Origin: an uncultured delta proteobacterium
GTDB taxonomy: Bacteria > Desulfobacterota > Binatia > UBA9968
DNA: 64,000 bases
Assembly (NCBI GenBank): GCA_963816145.1
Contig: CAWFJP010000004.1
Location: 288,001-352,000 of the forward strand
Reading direction: 5' to 3'
A program made the position numbers and the translations under genes. This document shows positions 13,122-23,665 of this stretch, piece by piece. The notes under the pieces are model-generated. The model saw only the letters and a program-made list of their open reading frames with translations, searched no databases and was not told where the DNA came from. Numbering within the stretch: the first letter of the stretch is position 1; every line of letters begins with the position of its first letter.

Positions 13122-13754
13122 ATGACTGGGCTAATTGGCAGAAAAATTGGAATGACGCAGTGCTACAGCGCTGAAGGCAACGTAGTTCCCGTCACTGTTG
13201 TGGAGACCGGGCCCTGTGTGGTCGTCCAGAAGAAAGAACCGGCGAACGACGGCTACAGCGCGTTGCAAGTTGGCTTCGGCAGCAAGAAGGCCCAACGGGT
13301 CAACAAAGCCGAACAAGGCCATATGGGCAAGGCCGGCAAGGGTGCTTTCGAGGTGCTGCGCGAGTTCCGCCTCGACGACGTCTCTTCCTATGAAGTCGGA
13401 CAGGAAATCAAAGCGACCGATCTGTTCAAGGTCGGTGATTTAATCGACGTTGCGGGTATTTCTAAGGGGCATGGTTTTACCGGTGTCATTAAGCGCTGGT
13501 CCTTTGCGGGTTTTCCAGGTGCCCATGGTACTCACGAATATTTCCGCCATGGCGGTTCCATCGGTAACCGTTCTTATCCGGGCCGTGTGCGGAAAGGCAA
13601 AAAGATGGCTGGCCATTGGGGTAACGAGCGGATCGCCACGCAGAACCTCTTGGTCGTCGAAATCCGCGCCGAGGAAAATCTGATGTTTGTTCGCGGCGCG
13701 GTGCCGGGGGCTAAGCAGGGTGTAGTAATCTTGCGTCCGGCTGCAAAAAGGTAA
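13122..13754 (+). CDS. rplC: 50S ribosomal protein L3
   Basis: GRKIGMTQ, SKGHGFTGVIKRW, KGKKMAGHWG. Confidence 0.98.
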   Translation: MTGLIGRKIGMTQCYSAEGNVVPVTVVETGPCVVVQKKEPANDGYSALQVGFGSKKAQRVNKAEQGHMGKAGKGAFEVLREFRLDDVSSYEVGQEIKATDLFKVGDLIDVAGISKGHGFTGVIKRWSFAGFPGAHGTHEYFRHGGSIGNRSYPGRVRKGKKMAGHWGNERIATQNLLVVEIRAEENLMFVRGAVPGAKQGVVILRPAAKR

Positions 13755-13759
13755 TTGAA

Positions 13760-14356
13760 ATGGAAGTCCACGTGATCCAACCCACGCTCAACGAAGCGAT
13801 TTTCGGCGCCAAGACCCGGCCGCATTTATTGCACCAGACGGTGGTCATGCAATTGGCTAACCGCCGTGCCGGTACGGCGGCAACCAAAACCAAGGGGTTT
13901 GTCAGCGGCGGCGGTAAAAAGCCCTGGCGGCAAAAGGGCACCGGCCGGGCCCGTTCCGGTAGCATTCGTTCGCCTATTTGGGTCGGTGGCGGTACCGCAT
14001 TCGGCCCTACACCACGCGATTATTCTTATCGAATGCCGCGATCGGCGCGGCGCGAAGCGCTGTTGTCGGCGCTCAGTCTCAAGAATCGCGAAGGCAAACT
14101 GATTGTAGTCGATAAATTCGAGCTCGAAGCAGCCAAGACCAAAATCATGGTACAAGCGTTGGCCGAGCTGAAGGTCGCCAGCGCGGTGATCGTCGTCGCT
14201 CACGCAGACGAGAAGATCGAACGCTCCGCGCGCAATTTACCTAAGATCAAAGTGCTGCGGGTCGAGGGTTTGAATGTTTACGATATAATGCGTTATGAGC
14301 ACCTGATTTTGACCGACGGAGCGCTCAAGCTTTTAGAAGAAAGGTTGGCAGCATGA
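13760..14356 (+). CDS. rplD: 50S ribosomal protein L4
   Basis: VSGGGKKPWRQKGTGRARSGSIRSP. Confidence 0.97.
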   Translation: MEVHVIQPTLNEAIFGAKTRPHLLHQTVVMQLANRRAGTAATKTKGFVSGGGKKPWRQKGTGRARSGSIRSPIWVGGGTAFGPTPRDYSYRMPRSARREALLSALSLKNREGKLIVVDKFELEAAKTKIMVQALAELKVASAVIVVAHADEKIERSARNLPKIKVLRVEGLNVYDIMRYEHLILTDGALKLLEERLAA

Positions 14357-14643
14357 AAGCGCCACATGAAGTGATCAAAGCGCCGTTGATCTCCGAAAAG
14401 GGCACGGCACTGACGGAAAGCGCGAATCAGGTATTGTTCAAAGTTCGGCCCAACGCCAACAAGATCGAGGTCAAGCAGGCGGTGGAGCAAATGTTCAAGG
14501 TCAAAGTTGAGCAAGTGCGCATGGCACGTTATCTCGGCAAGGTGCGCCGTATCGGCCGCAGCATGGGACGCCGTCCCGATTGGAAAAAGGCATACGTCAC
14601 GCTCAAGGAAGGCGACAAAATTGATTTTTTTGGCGCCGCCTAA
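14353..14643 (+). CDS. rplW: 50S ribosomal protein L23
   Basis: PLISEK, ANKIEVKQAVE, WKKAYVTL. Confidence 0.97.
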   Translation: MKAPHEVIKAPLISEKGTALTESANQVLFKVRPNANKIEVKQAVEQMFKVKVEQVRMARYLGKVRRIGRSMGRRPDWKKAYVTLKEGDKIDFFGAA

Positions 14644-14675
14644 AGTGACTTCAATAGTGATTCGAGAGTAAGAAA

Positions 14676-15503
14676 ATGGCGATTAGAACTTACCGGCCAA
14701 CTTCCGCGGGCATGCGTTTTCGCACCGGCCACACCTTCGACGAGGTGACCAAGGCACGGCCGGAAAAAACCCTGCTGGAACCCAACAATCATAGCGGTGG
14801 GCGCAACAACACTGGCCGGATAACGGCGTTTCATCGTGGCGGTGGCCATAAGCGGCGTTATCGTTTGATCGATTTCAAACGCAACAAGCTCAGAATTCCA
14901 GCCAGGGTCGAGGCCATCGAATACGATCCCAATCGATCCGCCCGTATTGCCCTATTATGTTACGCGGACGGCGTACGGCGCTATATCCTGGCGCCGGAAA
15001 AGCTCCAATTAGGCGCCACGGTTATTGCTGGCGATGACAATATCGACATTCAGCCGGGTAATTCCATGCCTCTTAAGTTCATTCCGGTGGGTACGATTCT
15101 CCACAATATTGAACTTAAGATCGGCAAAGGCGGCCAGCTCGTGCGAAGCGCCGGCTTGGGCGCGCAGTTGATGGCCAAAGAAGGTACCTATGCGCTACTC
15201 AAGCTGCCTTCCGGAGAGTTGCGCTACGTGTTAGCAGAGTGCCGCGCGACGGTCGGGCAAGTAGGTAATGCCGAACAGGAAAATGTTTCCTGGGGCAAGG
15301 CGGGTCGCATGCGCTGGTTGGGTTTTTTACCCGGGAGCCGCGGGATCGCGAAAAATCCTGTCGATCATCCCCATGGCGGCGGTGAAGGCCGATCCAAGGG
15401 GAATCATCCGATGACGCCTTGGGGCAAGCCGACCAAGGGCTATAAAACGCGAAAAAATCAGTCGACCGATAAATATATTGTGCAACGGAGAAAAGGTAGG
15501 TAG
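14676..15503 (+). CDS. rplB: 50S ribosomal protein L2
   Basis: [26 protein letters not shown]. Confidence 0.99.
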   Translation: MAIRTYRPTSAGMRFRTGHTFDEVTKARPEKTLLEPNNHSGGRNNTGRITAFHRGGGHKRRYRLIDFKRNKLRIPARVEAIEYDPNRSARIALLCYADGVRRYILAPEKLQLGATVIAGDDNIDIQPGNSMPLKFIPVGTILHNIELKIGKGGQLVRSAGLGAQLMAKEGTYALLKLPSGELRYVLAECRATVGQVGNAEQENVSWGKAGRMRWLGFLPGSRGIAKNPVDHPHGGGEGRSKGNHPMTPWGKPTKGYKTRKNQSTDKYIVQRRKGR

Positions 15504-15505
15504 CG

Positions 15506-15826
15506 ATGGCCCGTTCGGTTAAAAAAGGACCTTTTATCGACGAGCATTTGCAGAAAAAGGTCACGGCGATGGCGGAGACTCGCGGTCGCCAGGTGATCCG
15601 CACTTGGTCGCGCCGCTCGACGGTGACGCCGGAGATGGTGGGCCTGACCATCGGCGTGCACAACGGCCGGAAATTCATTCCGGTGTTTGTCAGCGAAAAT
15701 ATGGTCGGCCACAAACTCGGCGAGTTCTCCCCGACGCGGACGTTTTACGCGCATTCTGGGGACCGCAAGAGCGAGGCTAAAGAGTCTGGCGGCGGCGCGC
15801 CGCGGCCAGCACCGACAAAGAGCTAA
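15506..15826 (+). CDS. rpsS: 30S ribosomal protein S19
   Basis: [27 protein letters not shown]. Confidence 0.98.
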   Translation: MARSVKKGPFIDEHLQKKVTAMAETRGRQVIRTWSRRSTVTPEMVGLTIGVHNGRKFIPVFVSENMVGHKLGEFSPTRTFYAHSGDRKSEAKESGGGAPRPAPTKS

Positions 15827-15863
15827 GTCATGCGAAAACCGATTAGGAATGATTGACCAAGTC

Positions 15864-16208
15864 ATGGAAACACGCGCGATCACAAAATTTATCCGGGTCT
15901 CACCGCGAAAAGTGCGTTTGGTGGTGGACCAAATTCGCGGCAAGGGTGTCGAGGAAGCGCTCAATATTCTCAAGTTTATTCCCAAGCGCTCGGCGGGCAT
16001 AGTCGCCAAGACTGTGCGCACGGCAGTGGCTAATGCGGAGAATACCCAGAGCGTTGACGTCGACCGATTATTCGTCAAGCAGGCTAAAGTTGATGAGGCC
16101 GGTATGTGGAAACGTTTTACTTCCCGCGCTCAAGGCCGCGCGACGCGAGTGCGCAAACGGTTGAGCCATGTGACAATCGTCCTCGATGAATCCGAGGAGA
16201 GGAGTTAA
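15864..16208 (+). CDS. rplV: 50S ribosomal protein L22
   Basis: [23 protein letters not shown]; start moved to ATG 15864 (15849 possible). Confidence 0.95.
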   Translation: METRAITKFIRVSPRKVRLVVDQIRGKGVEEALNILKFIPKRSAGIVAKTVRTAVANAENTQSVDVDRLFVKQAKVDEAGMWKRFTSRAQGRATRVRKRLSHVTIVLDESEERS

Positions 16209-16215
16209 CTTTAAG

Positions 16216-16878
16216 ATGGGTCAAAAAACGCATCCAAAACTGTTTCGCCTCGGTGTCATCGAGACCTGGGATTCCAAATGGTTTGCGCGCCATGACTACC
16301 CCAAGCTCTTGCACGAAGATTTTCGGATCAAGAAATTTCTTAAGACCCGGCTCTACCATGCGGGTATCTCGCGCATTGAAATTGAACGGGCGGCGAATAA
16401 GGCTAAAATCAACATCCATACGGCGCGACCCGGTATCGTGATCGGCAAGAAGGGCGCGGAGATCGAAAAGCTCAAGGAAGAAATCACCAAGCTCACCCAT
16501 CGTGAAACCTATATCAACATTCACGAAGTGCGGCGGCCGGATTTAGACGCGCAATTGACTTCGGAAAATGTCGCTTTGCAGCTCGAGCGTCGCGTCGCCT
16601 TCCGCCGCGCCATGAAGGAAAGTGTTTCGCGCGCATTACGCATGGGCGCCCAAGGTGTCAGGATTCAATGTGCCGGCCGCCTTGGCGGCTCTGAAATTGC
16701 CCGCACGGAGTGGTACCGAGAAGGTCGTGTGCCGCTGCATACATTACGCGCCGACGTGAATTATGGCACTGCCGAAGCGCATACGACCTACGGCATTATC
16801 GGGGTCAAGGTTTGGATCTTCCGTGGCGAGGTTTTGACCGCAGAAGAAGAACAGCAGAAAGCGATGATGGGCGGTTGA
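16216..16878 (+). CDS. rpsC: 30S ribosomal protein S3
   Basis: [29 protein letters not shown]. Confidence 0.98.
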   Translation: MGQKTHPKLFRLGVIETWDSKWFARHDYPKLLHEDFRIKKFLKTRLYHAGISRIEIERAANKAKINIHTARPGIVIGKKGAEIEKLKEEITKLTHRETYINIHEVRRPDLDAQLTSENVALQLERRVAFRRAMKESVSRALRMGAQGVRIQCAGRLGGSEIARTEWYREGRVPLHTLRADVNYGTAEAHTTYGIIGVKVWIFRGEVLTAEEEQQKAMMGG

Positions 16879-16925
16879 TCGATTGGATCTATACGTAGAA
16901 TATCTTTTTCAATATCACCAAGAAA

Positions 16926-17351
16926 ATGCTTGAACCGAAAAAAGTAAAGTTTCGCAAAGTGCAAAAGGGCCGCCGTCGCGGCACGGCACACCGAGGCTCC
17001 ACGCTCGCCTTCGGCGATTATGGGCTGAAAGCGCTGGGGCGGGGATGGATGAGTGCGCGAGAGATCGAGGCTGCTCGGGTTGCCTTGACTCGGTATTTGA
17101 AACGCGGTGGGAAAGTGTGGATTCGCATTTTCCCAGACAAACCGTTGACCAAAAAGCCCTTGGAAACTCGCATGGGCAAAGGCAAAGGCGCCACCGAGAA
17201 ATGGGTCGCGGTGGTCCAGCCGGGACGGATTTTGTTCGAGATGGAAGGTGTCGAAGCCGTGCTTGCCAAGGAAGCCTTTCGTTTGGCGGCGCATAAACTA
17301 TCGATCCCGACCATGATGGTGGAACGCAGAGGATTAGTTCATGGAAGCTAG
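16926..17351 (+). CDS. rplP: 50S ribosomal protein L16
   Basis: [23 protein letters not shown]. Confidence 0.98.
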   Translation: MLEPKKVKFRKVQKGRRRGTAHRGSTLAFGDYGLKALGRGWMSAREIEAARVALTRYLKRGGKVWIRIFPDKPLTKKPLETRMGKGKGATEKWVAVVQPGRILFEMEGVEAVLAKEAFRLAAHKLSIPTMMVERRGLVHGS

Positions 17352-17544
17352 AGAACTGCGCGGCATGAGCACCGCTGATTTGACCGACAAGCTTGCAACC
17401 CTGCGCGAAGAAATCGGCCACCTGGCGCTGAAGCGAGCGACCAGCCGGTTGGATAATCCCGTGAAGCTGAAAGAGACCAAGCGAGAGCTCGCCCGGGTCG
17501 CAACCATTTTGCGCGAAAAAGCGCTGCAGAGTCAGGAAGGCTGA
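17341..17544 (+). CDS. rpmC: 50S ribosomal protein L29
   Basis: ELRGMS...LDNP...[13 protein letters not shown]; synteny. Confidence 0.94.
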   Translation: MEARELRGMSTADLTDKLATLREEIGHLALKRATSRLDNPVKLKETKRELARVATILREKALQSQEG

Positions 17545-17546
17545 GC

Positions 17547-17828
17547 ATGGAAGGCAGAGGATTACAGAAACAGCGTAGCGGCGTGGTCGTGAGCGACAAG
17601 ATGGCCAAAACCGTGGTGGTGTCGATTGAGCGGACGGTGATGCACCCCCGATACAAAAAGATTTTGCGCCGACGCTCGAAGGTGAAGGCGCACGACGAAA
17701 CCAATCAGTGCCGAGTCGGCGACCGCGTATTGCTGGTCGAATGCCGGCCCCTCAGTCGTGACAAGCGATGGCGCGTCAGCAAGGTTTTGGAAAAGACCAA
17801 GTCGGGTGCCGAAGTGACCGTCGGGTAG
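17547..17828 (+). CDS. rpsQ: 30S ribosomal protein S17
   Basis: GVVVSDKMAKTVVV, AHDE, CRPLSRDKRW. Confidence 0.97.
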   Translation: MEGRGLQKQRSGVVVSDKMAKTVVVSIERTVMHPRYKKILRRRSKVKAHDETNQCRVGDRVLLVECRPLSRDKRWRVSKVLEKTKSGAEVTVG

Positions 17829-17862
17829 TCTTCGCGCGAGGAAAGTGAGTCCAGACTGATTT

Positions 17863-18231
17863 ATGATTCAGACCAATTCAAACTTGGATGTCGCGGATAA
17901 TTCGGGCGCACGGCGAGTTCAATGCATCAAAGTTTTGGGCGGTAGCAAGCGCCGGTACGCTTCCGTCGGCGATATTATTGTCGTCGCGGTTAAAGAAGCG
18001 ATTCCCAACGGCAAAGTGAAAAAGGGCGACGTCGTCAAGGCCGTGGTGGTACGGACGGCCAAGGAACTCGGGCGGCCCGATGGAACCTACATCCGCTTTG
18101 ACAATAACTCAGCGGTGTTGATCGACAATCAAAAAGAGCCGGTGGGAACGCGTATCTTCGGACCGGTGGCGCGTGAACTTCGCGCCAAGAAATTCATGAA
18201 GATCATTTCTCTGGCGCCTGAAGTGCTTTAG
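17863..18231 (+). CDS. rplN: 50S ribosomal protein L14
   Basis: [27 protein letters not shown]. Confidence 0.99.
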   Translation: MIQTNSNLDVADNSGARRVQCIKVLGGSKRRYASVGDIIVVAVKEAIPNGKVKKGDVVKAVVVRTAKELGRPDGTYIRFDNNSAVLIDNQKEPVGTRIFGPVARELRAKKFMKIISLAPEVL

Positions 18232-18256
18232 CTGGAGTATTGAGGAGAAATCGCTC

Positions 18257-18568
18257 GTGGAGATTCGTAAAAACGACAGCGTGATGGTGATTGCCGGCAA
18301 GGAACGGGGCAAGACCGGCAAAGTCCTGCGCGTGCTGCCCGAGAAGAACGCGGTCATCATTGAGAGGATCAGCATCGTCAAACGGCACACCAAGCCGCGC
18401 GGGCCGCAGCAGACCGGCGGGATCATCGAAAAAGAAGCCGCCATCAATGCTTCCAATGTCATGATGATGTGCGATAAATGCAACGCGCCGGTTCGTATTG
18501 GCCACAAGGATCTCACCGACGGCAAAAAAATTCGCATCTGCCGCCGTTGCAACGAGGCGCTGGAATAG
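18257..18568 (+). CDS. rplX: 50S ribosomal protein L24
   Basis: KOW motif VIAGKERGKTGKV; C-terminal CxxC...CxxC. Confidence 0.97.
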   Translation: MEIRKNDSVMVIAGKERGKTGKVLRVLPEKNAVIIERISIVKRHTKPRGPQQTGGIIEKEAAINASNVMMMCDKCNAPVRIGHKDLTDGKKIRICRRCNEALE

Positions 18569-18600
18569 TTTGCTAGACCAGTGGGACAATTGAAGTGACC

Positions 18601-19140
18601 ATGGCAAGATTAAAAACCAAATACAAAGATGATGTCGTGCCGGCGATGATCAAGGAGTTCGGTTACAAAAACCCCATGCAGGTACCCAAGCTCAATAAGA
18701 TCACGATCAATGTCGGCTTGGGCGAGGCGACGCAAAATGCCAAGGCGATCGATAGTGCGGTGGTTGATATCACGGCAATCACCGGGCAAAAGCCGGTGGT
18801 AACCAAGTCGAGAAAGGCCATCGCCAACTTCAAGCTGCGCGAAAACATTCCGATCGGCTGCATGGTCACCCTGCGGCGCGATCGCATGTATGAATTTCTC
18901 GACCGCTTGATCCACACCGCGTTGCCCCGGGTGCGCGATTTCAAAGGCGTGTCGGACAAATCCTTCGACGGCCGTGGCAATTATTCTTTGGGCCTGCGTG
19001 AACAGATTATTTTTCCAGAGATTCAAGCCGACAAAGTCGACAAAACCAGGGGTATGACGATCACGATAGCGACCTCGGCGACTACCGATCAGGAAGGCCG
19101 GACTTTGCTTCGGCTCATGGGTATGCCGTTCGCGAGTTAG
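18601..19140 (+). CDS. rplE: 50S ribosomal protein L5
   Basis: [25 protein letters not shown]. Confidence 0.98.
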   Translation: MARLKTKYKDDVVPAMIKEFGYKNPMQVPKLNKITINVGLGEATQNAKAIDSAVVDITAITGQKPVVTKSRKAIANFKLRENIPIGCMVTLRRDRMYEFLDRLIHTALPRVRDFKGVSDKSFDGRGNYSLGLREQIIFPEIQADKVDKTRGMTITIATSATTDQEGRTLLRLMGMPFAS

Positions 19141-19157
19141 TGTAGGGGGAAATTCCA

Positions 19158-19343
19158 TTGGCCAAGACATGTCTGAGAATTAAGGCCGAACGACCAAACA
19201 AGTTTAAAGTTCGGGAATACAACCGCTGTCCGCTGTGCGGGCGTTCGCGGGCATTTTATCGCCGTTTTCGCATGTGCCGGTTATGTCTGCGCGATAACGC
19301 GCGCAAGGGAAATATCCCCGGACTGATCAAGGCCAGTTGGTAG
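19158..19343 (+). CDS. rpsZ: 30S ribosomal protein S14, zinc-binding (type Z)
   Basis: 61 aa; NRCPLCGR...MCRLCLR, IPGLIKASW; TTG start. Confidence 0.96.
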   Translation: MAKTCLRIKAERPNKFKVREYNRCPLCGRSRAFYRRFRMCRLCLRDNARKGNIPGLIKASW

Positions 19344-19358
19344 AGGCTGGAGTTTATT

Positions 19359-19763
19359 ATGGGAATGACCGATCCGATCGCGGATTTACTAACACGGATT
19401 CGCAACGCGTCACGGGCGCGCCATCAAAAAGTTACCGTGCCCTGGTCGCGTTTAAAAGAAAACATCGTCAAGATTTTGATCGATGAAGGCTATCTCAAGG
19501 ACCAGAAGAAGGTCAAGGCCGCTATCGGCGGCGGTGATGAGATGGTTATTACATTAAAGTTCGACCGCGAAAGCCGGCCGATTATTCTGGGAATGAAGCG
19601 AGTGAGCAAGCCTGGCCGGCGGATCTACGTTGGGTCCCAAGAAGCCGCGCCGATCCGTAAAGGATTGGGCATCCATGTGCTGTCGACGCCCAAGGGGATC
19701 CTGGTCGATCGCGAAGCGCAGCGCGCCAAAGTTGGCGGTGAATTGATCTGTACTGTTTGGTAG
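19359..19763 (+). CDS. rpsH: 30S ribosomal protein S8
   Basis: TDPIADLLTRIRNA, RVSKPGRR, LSTPKG. Confidence 0.98.
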   Translation: MGMTDPIADLLTRIRNASRARHQKVTVPWSRLKENIVKILIDEGYLKDQKKVKAAIGGGDEMVITLKFDRESRPIILGMKRVSKPGRRIYVGSQEAAPIRKGLGIHVLSTPKGILVDREAQRAKVGGELICTVW

Positions 19764-19781
19764 GATGGATAGAGGTGTAAT

Positions 19782-20333
19782 GTGTCACGTATCGGTAAGC
19801 TGCCCATAGCGATCCCCAGTGGCGTGAAGGTCGCAGTTGACGCCAATCGGATTCGTCTCGAAGGGCCGAAGGGCAAGTTGCAAGCCGGGGTTCCTTCCGG
19901 TGTCAGTGTCATAGTTGATGGCAACTTGCTGCGCGTCGAGCGCGCCAACGAAGACCGTAAAGTCCGTGCGCTCCATGGTTTAACGCGCAAGCTGATCGCC
20001 AATATGGCGCAGGGCGTAAGCGTCGGATTTAGCCGTGTGTTAGATATCAACGGCGTCGGTTATCGTGCCGAGGTCAAGGGCCAGGAAATTCACATGACGC
20101 TGGGCTACTCTCATCCCGTGGTGTTTCCGTTGCCTGTGGGCGTAAGCGCGGCGGTCGAGAGGCAAATTATTATCACCCTTTCCAGCGCCGATCGCCAGGT
20201 GTTGGGCGAAACTGCGGCTAAAATCCGCATGCTCAGACCGCCGGAACCCTACAAGGGTAAGGGTATCAAGTATCGTGAAGAGTTTATCAAGCGCAAAGCC
20301 GGCAAAGCCGTCGGTTCGGCGGGTGGAAAGTAA
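19782..20333 (+). CDS. rplF: 50S ribosomal protein L6
   Basis: [25 protein letters not shown]. Confidence 0.98.
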   Translation: MSRIGKLPIAIPSGVKVAVDANRIRLEGPKGKLQAGVPSGVSVIVDGNLLRVERANEDRKVRALHGLTRKLIANMAQGVSVGFSRVLDINGVGYRAEVKGQEIHMTLGYSHPVVFPLPVGVSAAVERQIIITLSSADRQVLGETAAKIRMLRPPEPYKGKGIKYREEFIKRKAGKAVGSAGGK

Positions 20334-20350
20334 TCAACCGAGGAATTGAG

Positions 20351-20716
20351 ATGTCGAGCAAGCGTTTAGACATAGGTCGGCAACGGCGAAAAATTAGAGT
20401 CCGTAAGAAAGTTCGCGGCACGGATATGCGCCCACGAGTTTGCGTATTCCGCAGCAATAAGCATATTTACGCACAGGTCATTTCGGACAGCCAGGGAAGG
20501 ACCTTGGTGACGGTGTCGACACTGTCTGAAGACCTAGCGGAACAGCTTAAAAAATCCAAAGGCATCGATGCCGCCAAGCAGGTGGGTGTGGCTTTGGCCA
20601 AGGTTTGCAAGGATAGGAACATTACCCGCGTCGTTTTCGACCGCAACGGGTTTATCTACCACGGCCGGGTGAAGGCAGTGGCGGATGGCGCTCGCGAAGG
20701 CGGATTAGAATTTTAA
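20351..20716 (+). CDS. rplR: 50S ribosomal protein L18
   Basis: [30 protein letters not shown]. Confidence 0.98.
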   Translation: MSSKRLDIGRQRRKIRVRKKVRGTDMRPRVCVFRSNKHIYAQVISDSQGRTLVTVSTLSEDLAEQLKKSKGIDAAKQVGVALAKVCKDRNITRVVFDRNGFIYHGRVKAVADGAREGGLEF

Positions 20717-20739
20717 CCAGCGTTGAACGAGAGGTTGCT

Positions 20740-21237
20740 TTGGAACGGATTGATCCGCAAGGTTTAGAGTTGAAAGAAAAGGTGGTTCACATCAGCCGGG
20801 TGGCCAAGGTCGTTAAAGGGGGCCGGCGCTTTAGCTTCAGCGCCTTAGTGGTCACCGGTGACAGCCACTCGGTAGTTGGCTACGGTATGGGCAAGGCTAA
20901 GGAAGTGCCTGAAGCGATCCGTAAGGGCCTGGAGCAGGCGAAAAAGAATTTAATCCGGGTGCCGATTATGGATGGGACCATTCCCTTCGAAGTGATCGGA
21001 CATTACGGAGCGGGCCATGTCATTCTCAAGCCCGCCTCGGGCGGAACCGGGGTGATCGCCGGTGGCGGTGTGCGCGCAGTGGTTGAAGCCTCCGGCATCC
21101 AGAATGTCTTGACCAAGTGCCTTGGTTCGAATAATCCCCATAATATGGTCAAAGCGACCTTTGAAGCCCTACGCGATTTGCGTCAGCCGGAAGAAATCGC
21201 GGAACGACGTGGTAAAACCTTGGCGGAGATTCGCTAA
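20740..21237 (+). CDS. rpsE: 30S ribosomal protein S5
   Basis: [27 protein letters not shown]; TTG start after GAGG. Confidence 0.98.
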   Translation: MERIDPQGLELKEKVVHISRVAKVVKGGRRFSFSALVVTGDSHSVVGYGMGKAKEVPEAIRKGLEQAKKNLIRVPIMDGTIPFEVIGHYGAGHVILKPASGGTGVIAGGGVRAVVEASGIQNVLTKCLGSNNPHNMVKATFEALRDLRQPEEIAERRGKTLAEIR

Positions 21238-21239
21238 CT

Positions 21240-21692
21240 ATGAAACTCGACGATCTGAGGCCAGCCGCTGGCTCGAATAAGAAGCGCAAACGCGTCGGTA
21301 GAGGCGACGGCTCTGGCCATGGCAAGACTTCTTGCCGCGGACACAAAGGGCAAGGTTCGCGCTCCGGCGGTAACACCAAGCCGGGTTTTGAAGGCGGCCA
21401 GATGCCACTACAGCGGCGCCTGCCCAAGCGCGGCTTTCATAACATCTTTCGCAACGCAATGGCCGTAGTTAATTTAGCGCAGCTGGAGGCGCTCGCCGGT
21501 GTCGGCGAAATCGCCCCCGAAACCATGGCGCAACATGGCTTGATCAGCGGTAAGAACCGCCATGTGAAAGTTTTGGGCGAAGGCAATTTGACCAAGGCGC
21601 TGATGATTCGCGCCCATGGGTTTTCCGCGGGCGCCAAAGAGAAAATAGAAGCGGCCGGCGGTAAAGCGGAGTTGATCGAGCTCCATGCTTAG
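21240..21692 (+). CDS. rplO: 50S ribosomal protein L15
   Basis: RVGRGDGSGHGKT, GFEGGQMPLQRRLPKRGF. Confidence 0.98.
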   Translation: MKLDDLRPAAGSNKKRKRVGRGDGSGHGKTSCRGHKGQGSRSGGNTKPGFEGGQMPLQRRLPKRGFHNIFRNAMAVVNLAQLEALAGVGEIAPETMAQHGLISGKNRHVKVLGEGNLTKALMIRAHGFSAGAKEKIEAAGGKAELIELHA

Positions 21693-22995
21693 CGGATTTC
21701 AAAACGCATCGCGGGTGCCGGAGCTGCGCCGCCGGGTGATTTTCGCCATGGCGATGCTGGCCGTCTATCGCCTTGGCGTCCATGTGCCGACGCCGGGCAT
21801 CGACCGCGCCGCCATGGCGGCGTTTTTCGAGCAGCAGAAGAATACCCTATTCGGCTTTCTCAATCTGTTTTCCGGCGGCGCGCTGGAACAATTTTCCGTT
21901 TTTTCCCTGGGCATTATGCCTTACATCAGCGCGTCGATCATTTTGCAATTGCTCACGGTCGTGTTCCCGTATCTGGAAAGGCTTTCGAAGGAAGGTGAAG
22001 TCGGCCGGCGTAAGATTACTCAATACACGCGCTACGGCACCGTGGTCCTATCGATTATCCAAGGGACCATGATTGCCATCGGCTTGGAAGGTACGCAGGG
22101 ACCCGGCGGAACGCCTTTGGTGTTAAACCCGGGATTTGCTTTCCGCTTTATGACGGTGGTTACGCTCACATCCGGCACTGCCTTTATCATGTGGTTGGGC
22201 GAGCAGATCACCGAGCGGGGCATCGGCAATGGCATGTCATTGATCATCTTCGCCGGTATTGTTGCTCGCCTGCCGTCAGCGATTTGGTCGACCTTTGAGT
22301 TCATGCGCAACGGCGAGCTCGGCCCATTGGTAGCTTTGGTGATGTTGATTCTCAGTGTCACGATCATTGGCGCGATTATTTTCGTCGAACGCGGCCAGCG
22401 GCGCATACCGGTACAATACGCCAAGCGGGTAGTCGGCCGGCGCATGTATGGCGGCATGACCTCGCACCTGCCGCTAAAAGTTAACACGGCAAATGTCATT
22501 CCGATTATCTTTGCATCGTCGGTGTTAATCTTTCCGGCGACCATGGCGCAGTTCGCCAAGCATCCGTGGATTCAAACGATTTCGGGAATGCTGGCGCCGG
22601 GCCAATGGCTCTATGAGATCGCGCAGATCTCACTGATCATCTTTTTCGCGTTTTTCTACACCGCAGTGGTGTTTAACCCGAGCGACGTGGCGGAAAATAT
22701 GAAGAAGGCCGGCGGTTACATTCCAGGCATCCGCCCTGGGCAGAAAACCGCCGAATTTATCGAGAAGGTGTTGTCGCGCATTACCTTGAGCGGGGCGGTT
22801 TATTTGTGCCTGATCGCATTGTTGCCGTCGATGTTGGTGCGGCAGTTAAACGTGCCATTTTATTTTGGTGGGACCGCCTTATTAATTGTCGTCGGCGTCG
22901 CATTGGACACTGTCGCGCAGATGGAAACCCATCTCATTAGTCGGAACTATGAAGGGTTCATGAAGCGTGGCAGGTTGCGCGGTAGAAAGGGCTAG
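21685..22995 (+). CDS. secY: preprotein translocase subunit SecY
   Basis: FSLGIMPYISASII, WLGEQITERGIGNG, IPGIRPG; multiple TM segments. Confidence 0.99.
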   Translation: MLSGFQNASRVPELRRRVIFAMAMLAVYRLGVHVPTPGIDRAAMAAFFEQQKNTLFGFLNLFSGGALEQFSVFSLGIMPYISASIILQLLTVVFPYLERLSKEGEVGRRKITQYTRYGTVVLSIIQGTMIAIGLEGTQGPGGTPLVLNPGFAFRFMTVVTLTSGTAFIMWLGEQITERGIGNGMSLIIFAGIVARLPSAIWSTFEFMRNGELGPLVALVMLILSVTIIGAIIFVERGQRRIPVQYAKRVVGRRMYGGMTSHLPLKVNTANVIPIIFASSVLIFPATMAQFAKHPWIQTISGMLAPGQWLYEIAQISLIIFFAFFYTAVVFNPSDVAENMKKAGGYIPGIRPGQKTAEFIEKVLSRITLSGAVYLCLIALLPSMLVRQLNVPFYFGGTALLIVVGVALDTVAQMETHLISRNYEGFMKRGRLRGRKG

Positions 22996-22999
22996 AGAC

Positions 23000-23665
23000 T
23001 TGGCCGCTAGCGCACGTGTGGTTCTGCTCGGCCCTCCGGGAGCCGGAAAGGGCACCCAGGCGAAGTTACTCGAGCAGGAGTTTGGCGCGGTGCAAATCTC
23101 CACAGGAGATATCCTTCGAAAGGCGGTAGCCGATCAAACTCCCCTCGGTAAGCAAGCTGGGGATTTTATCACGCGCGGTGCGTTAGTTCCCGACGATGTG
23201 ATTGTCGAGCTAATCGCCGAAAGATTGCAGCAAAAGGATTGCGCCAGGGGGTTTCTGCTGGATGGTTTCCCGCGGACGATTCCGCAGGCCGAAAGCCTTG
23301 ACGCAATTCTAAAAAATTTGGCGCTGAGCCTAAACGGTGTACTGTCGGTTCAAGTGCCGAGGGAAGTTATTATCGAACGGCTGGCGGGACGGCGCACCTG
23401 TAAGCGGTGCGGTGCCCTTAGCCATGTCGTTTTTGAACCGTCAAAGCAGGCGGGGGTTTGCGACCGCTGCGGTGGTGAGCTGTTTCAGCGCGACGACGAC
23501 CGGGAAGAAACCATCGCCAACCGTCTGACGGTCTATGAAGCGCAAACGGCGCCGCTAGTGGACTATTACCGTCGCCAGGGCATGTTGCGGGAGATCGACG
23601 GTGTCGGCAGCATCAGTGATATCCGCGCCCGGGTGATGACCGCCTTAGAAGGCTTGGTGTCGTGA
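23000..23665 (+). CDS. adk: adenylate kinase (zinc-lid type)
   Basis: GPPGAGKGTQ, DGFPR, CxxC...CxxC lid; probable TTG start at 23000. Confidence 0.96.
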   Translation: MAASARVVLLGPPGAGKGTQAKLLEQEFGAVQISTGDILRKAVADQTPLGKQAGDFITRGALVPDDVIVELIAERLQQKDCARGFLLDGFPRTIPQAESLDAILKNLALSLNGVLSVQVPREVIIERLAGRRTCKRCGALSHVVFEPSKQAGVCDRCGGELFQRDDDREETIANRLTVYEAQTAPLVDYYRRQGMLREIDGVGSISDIRARVMTALEGLVS

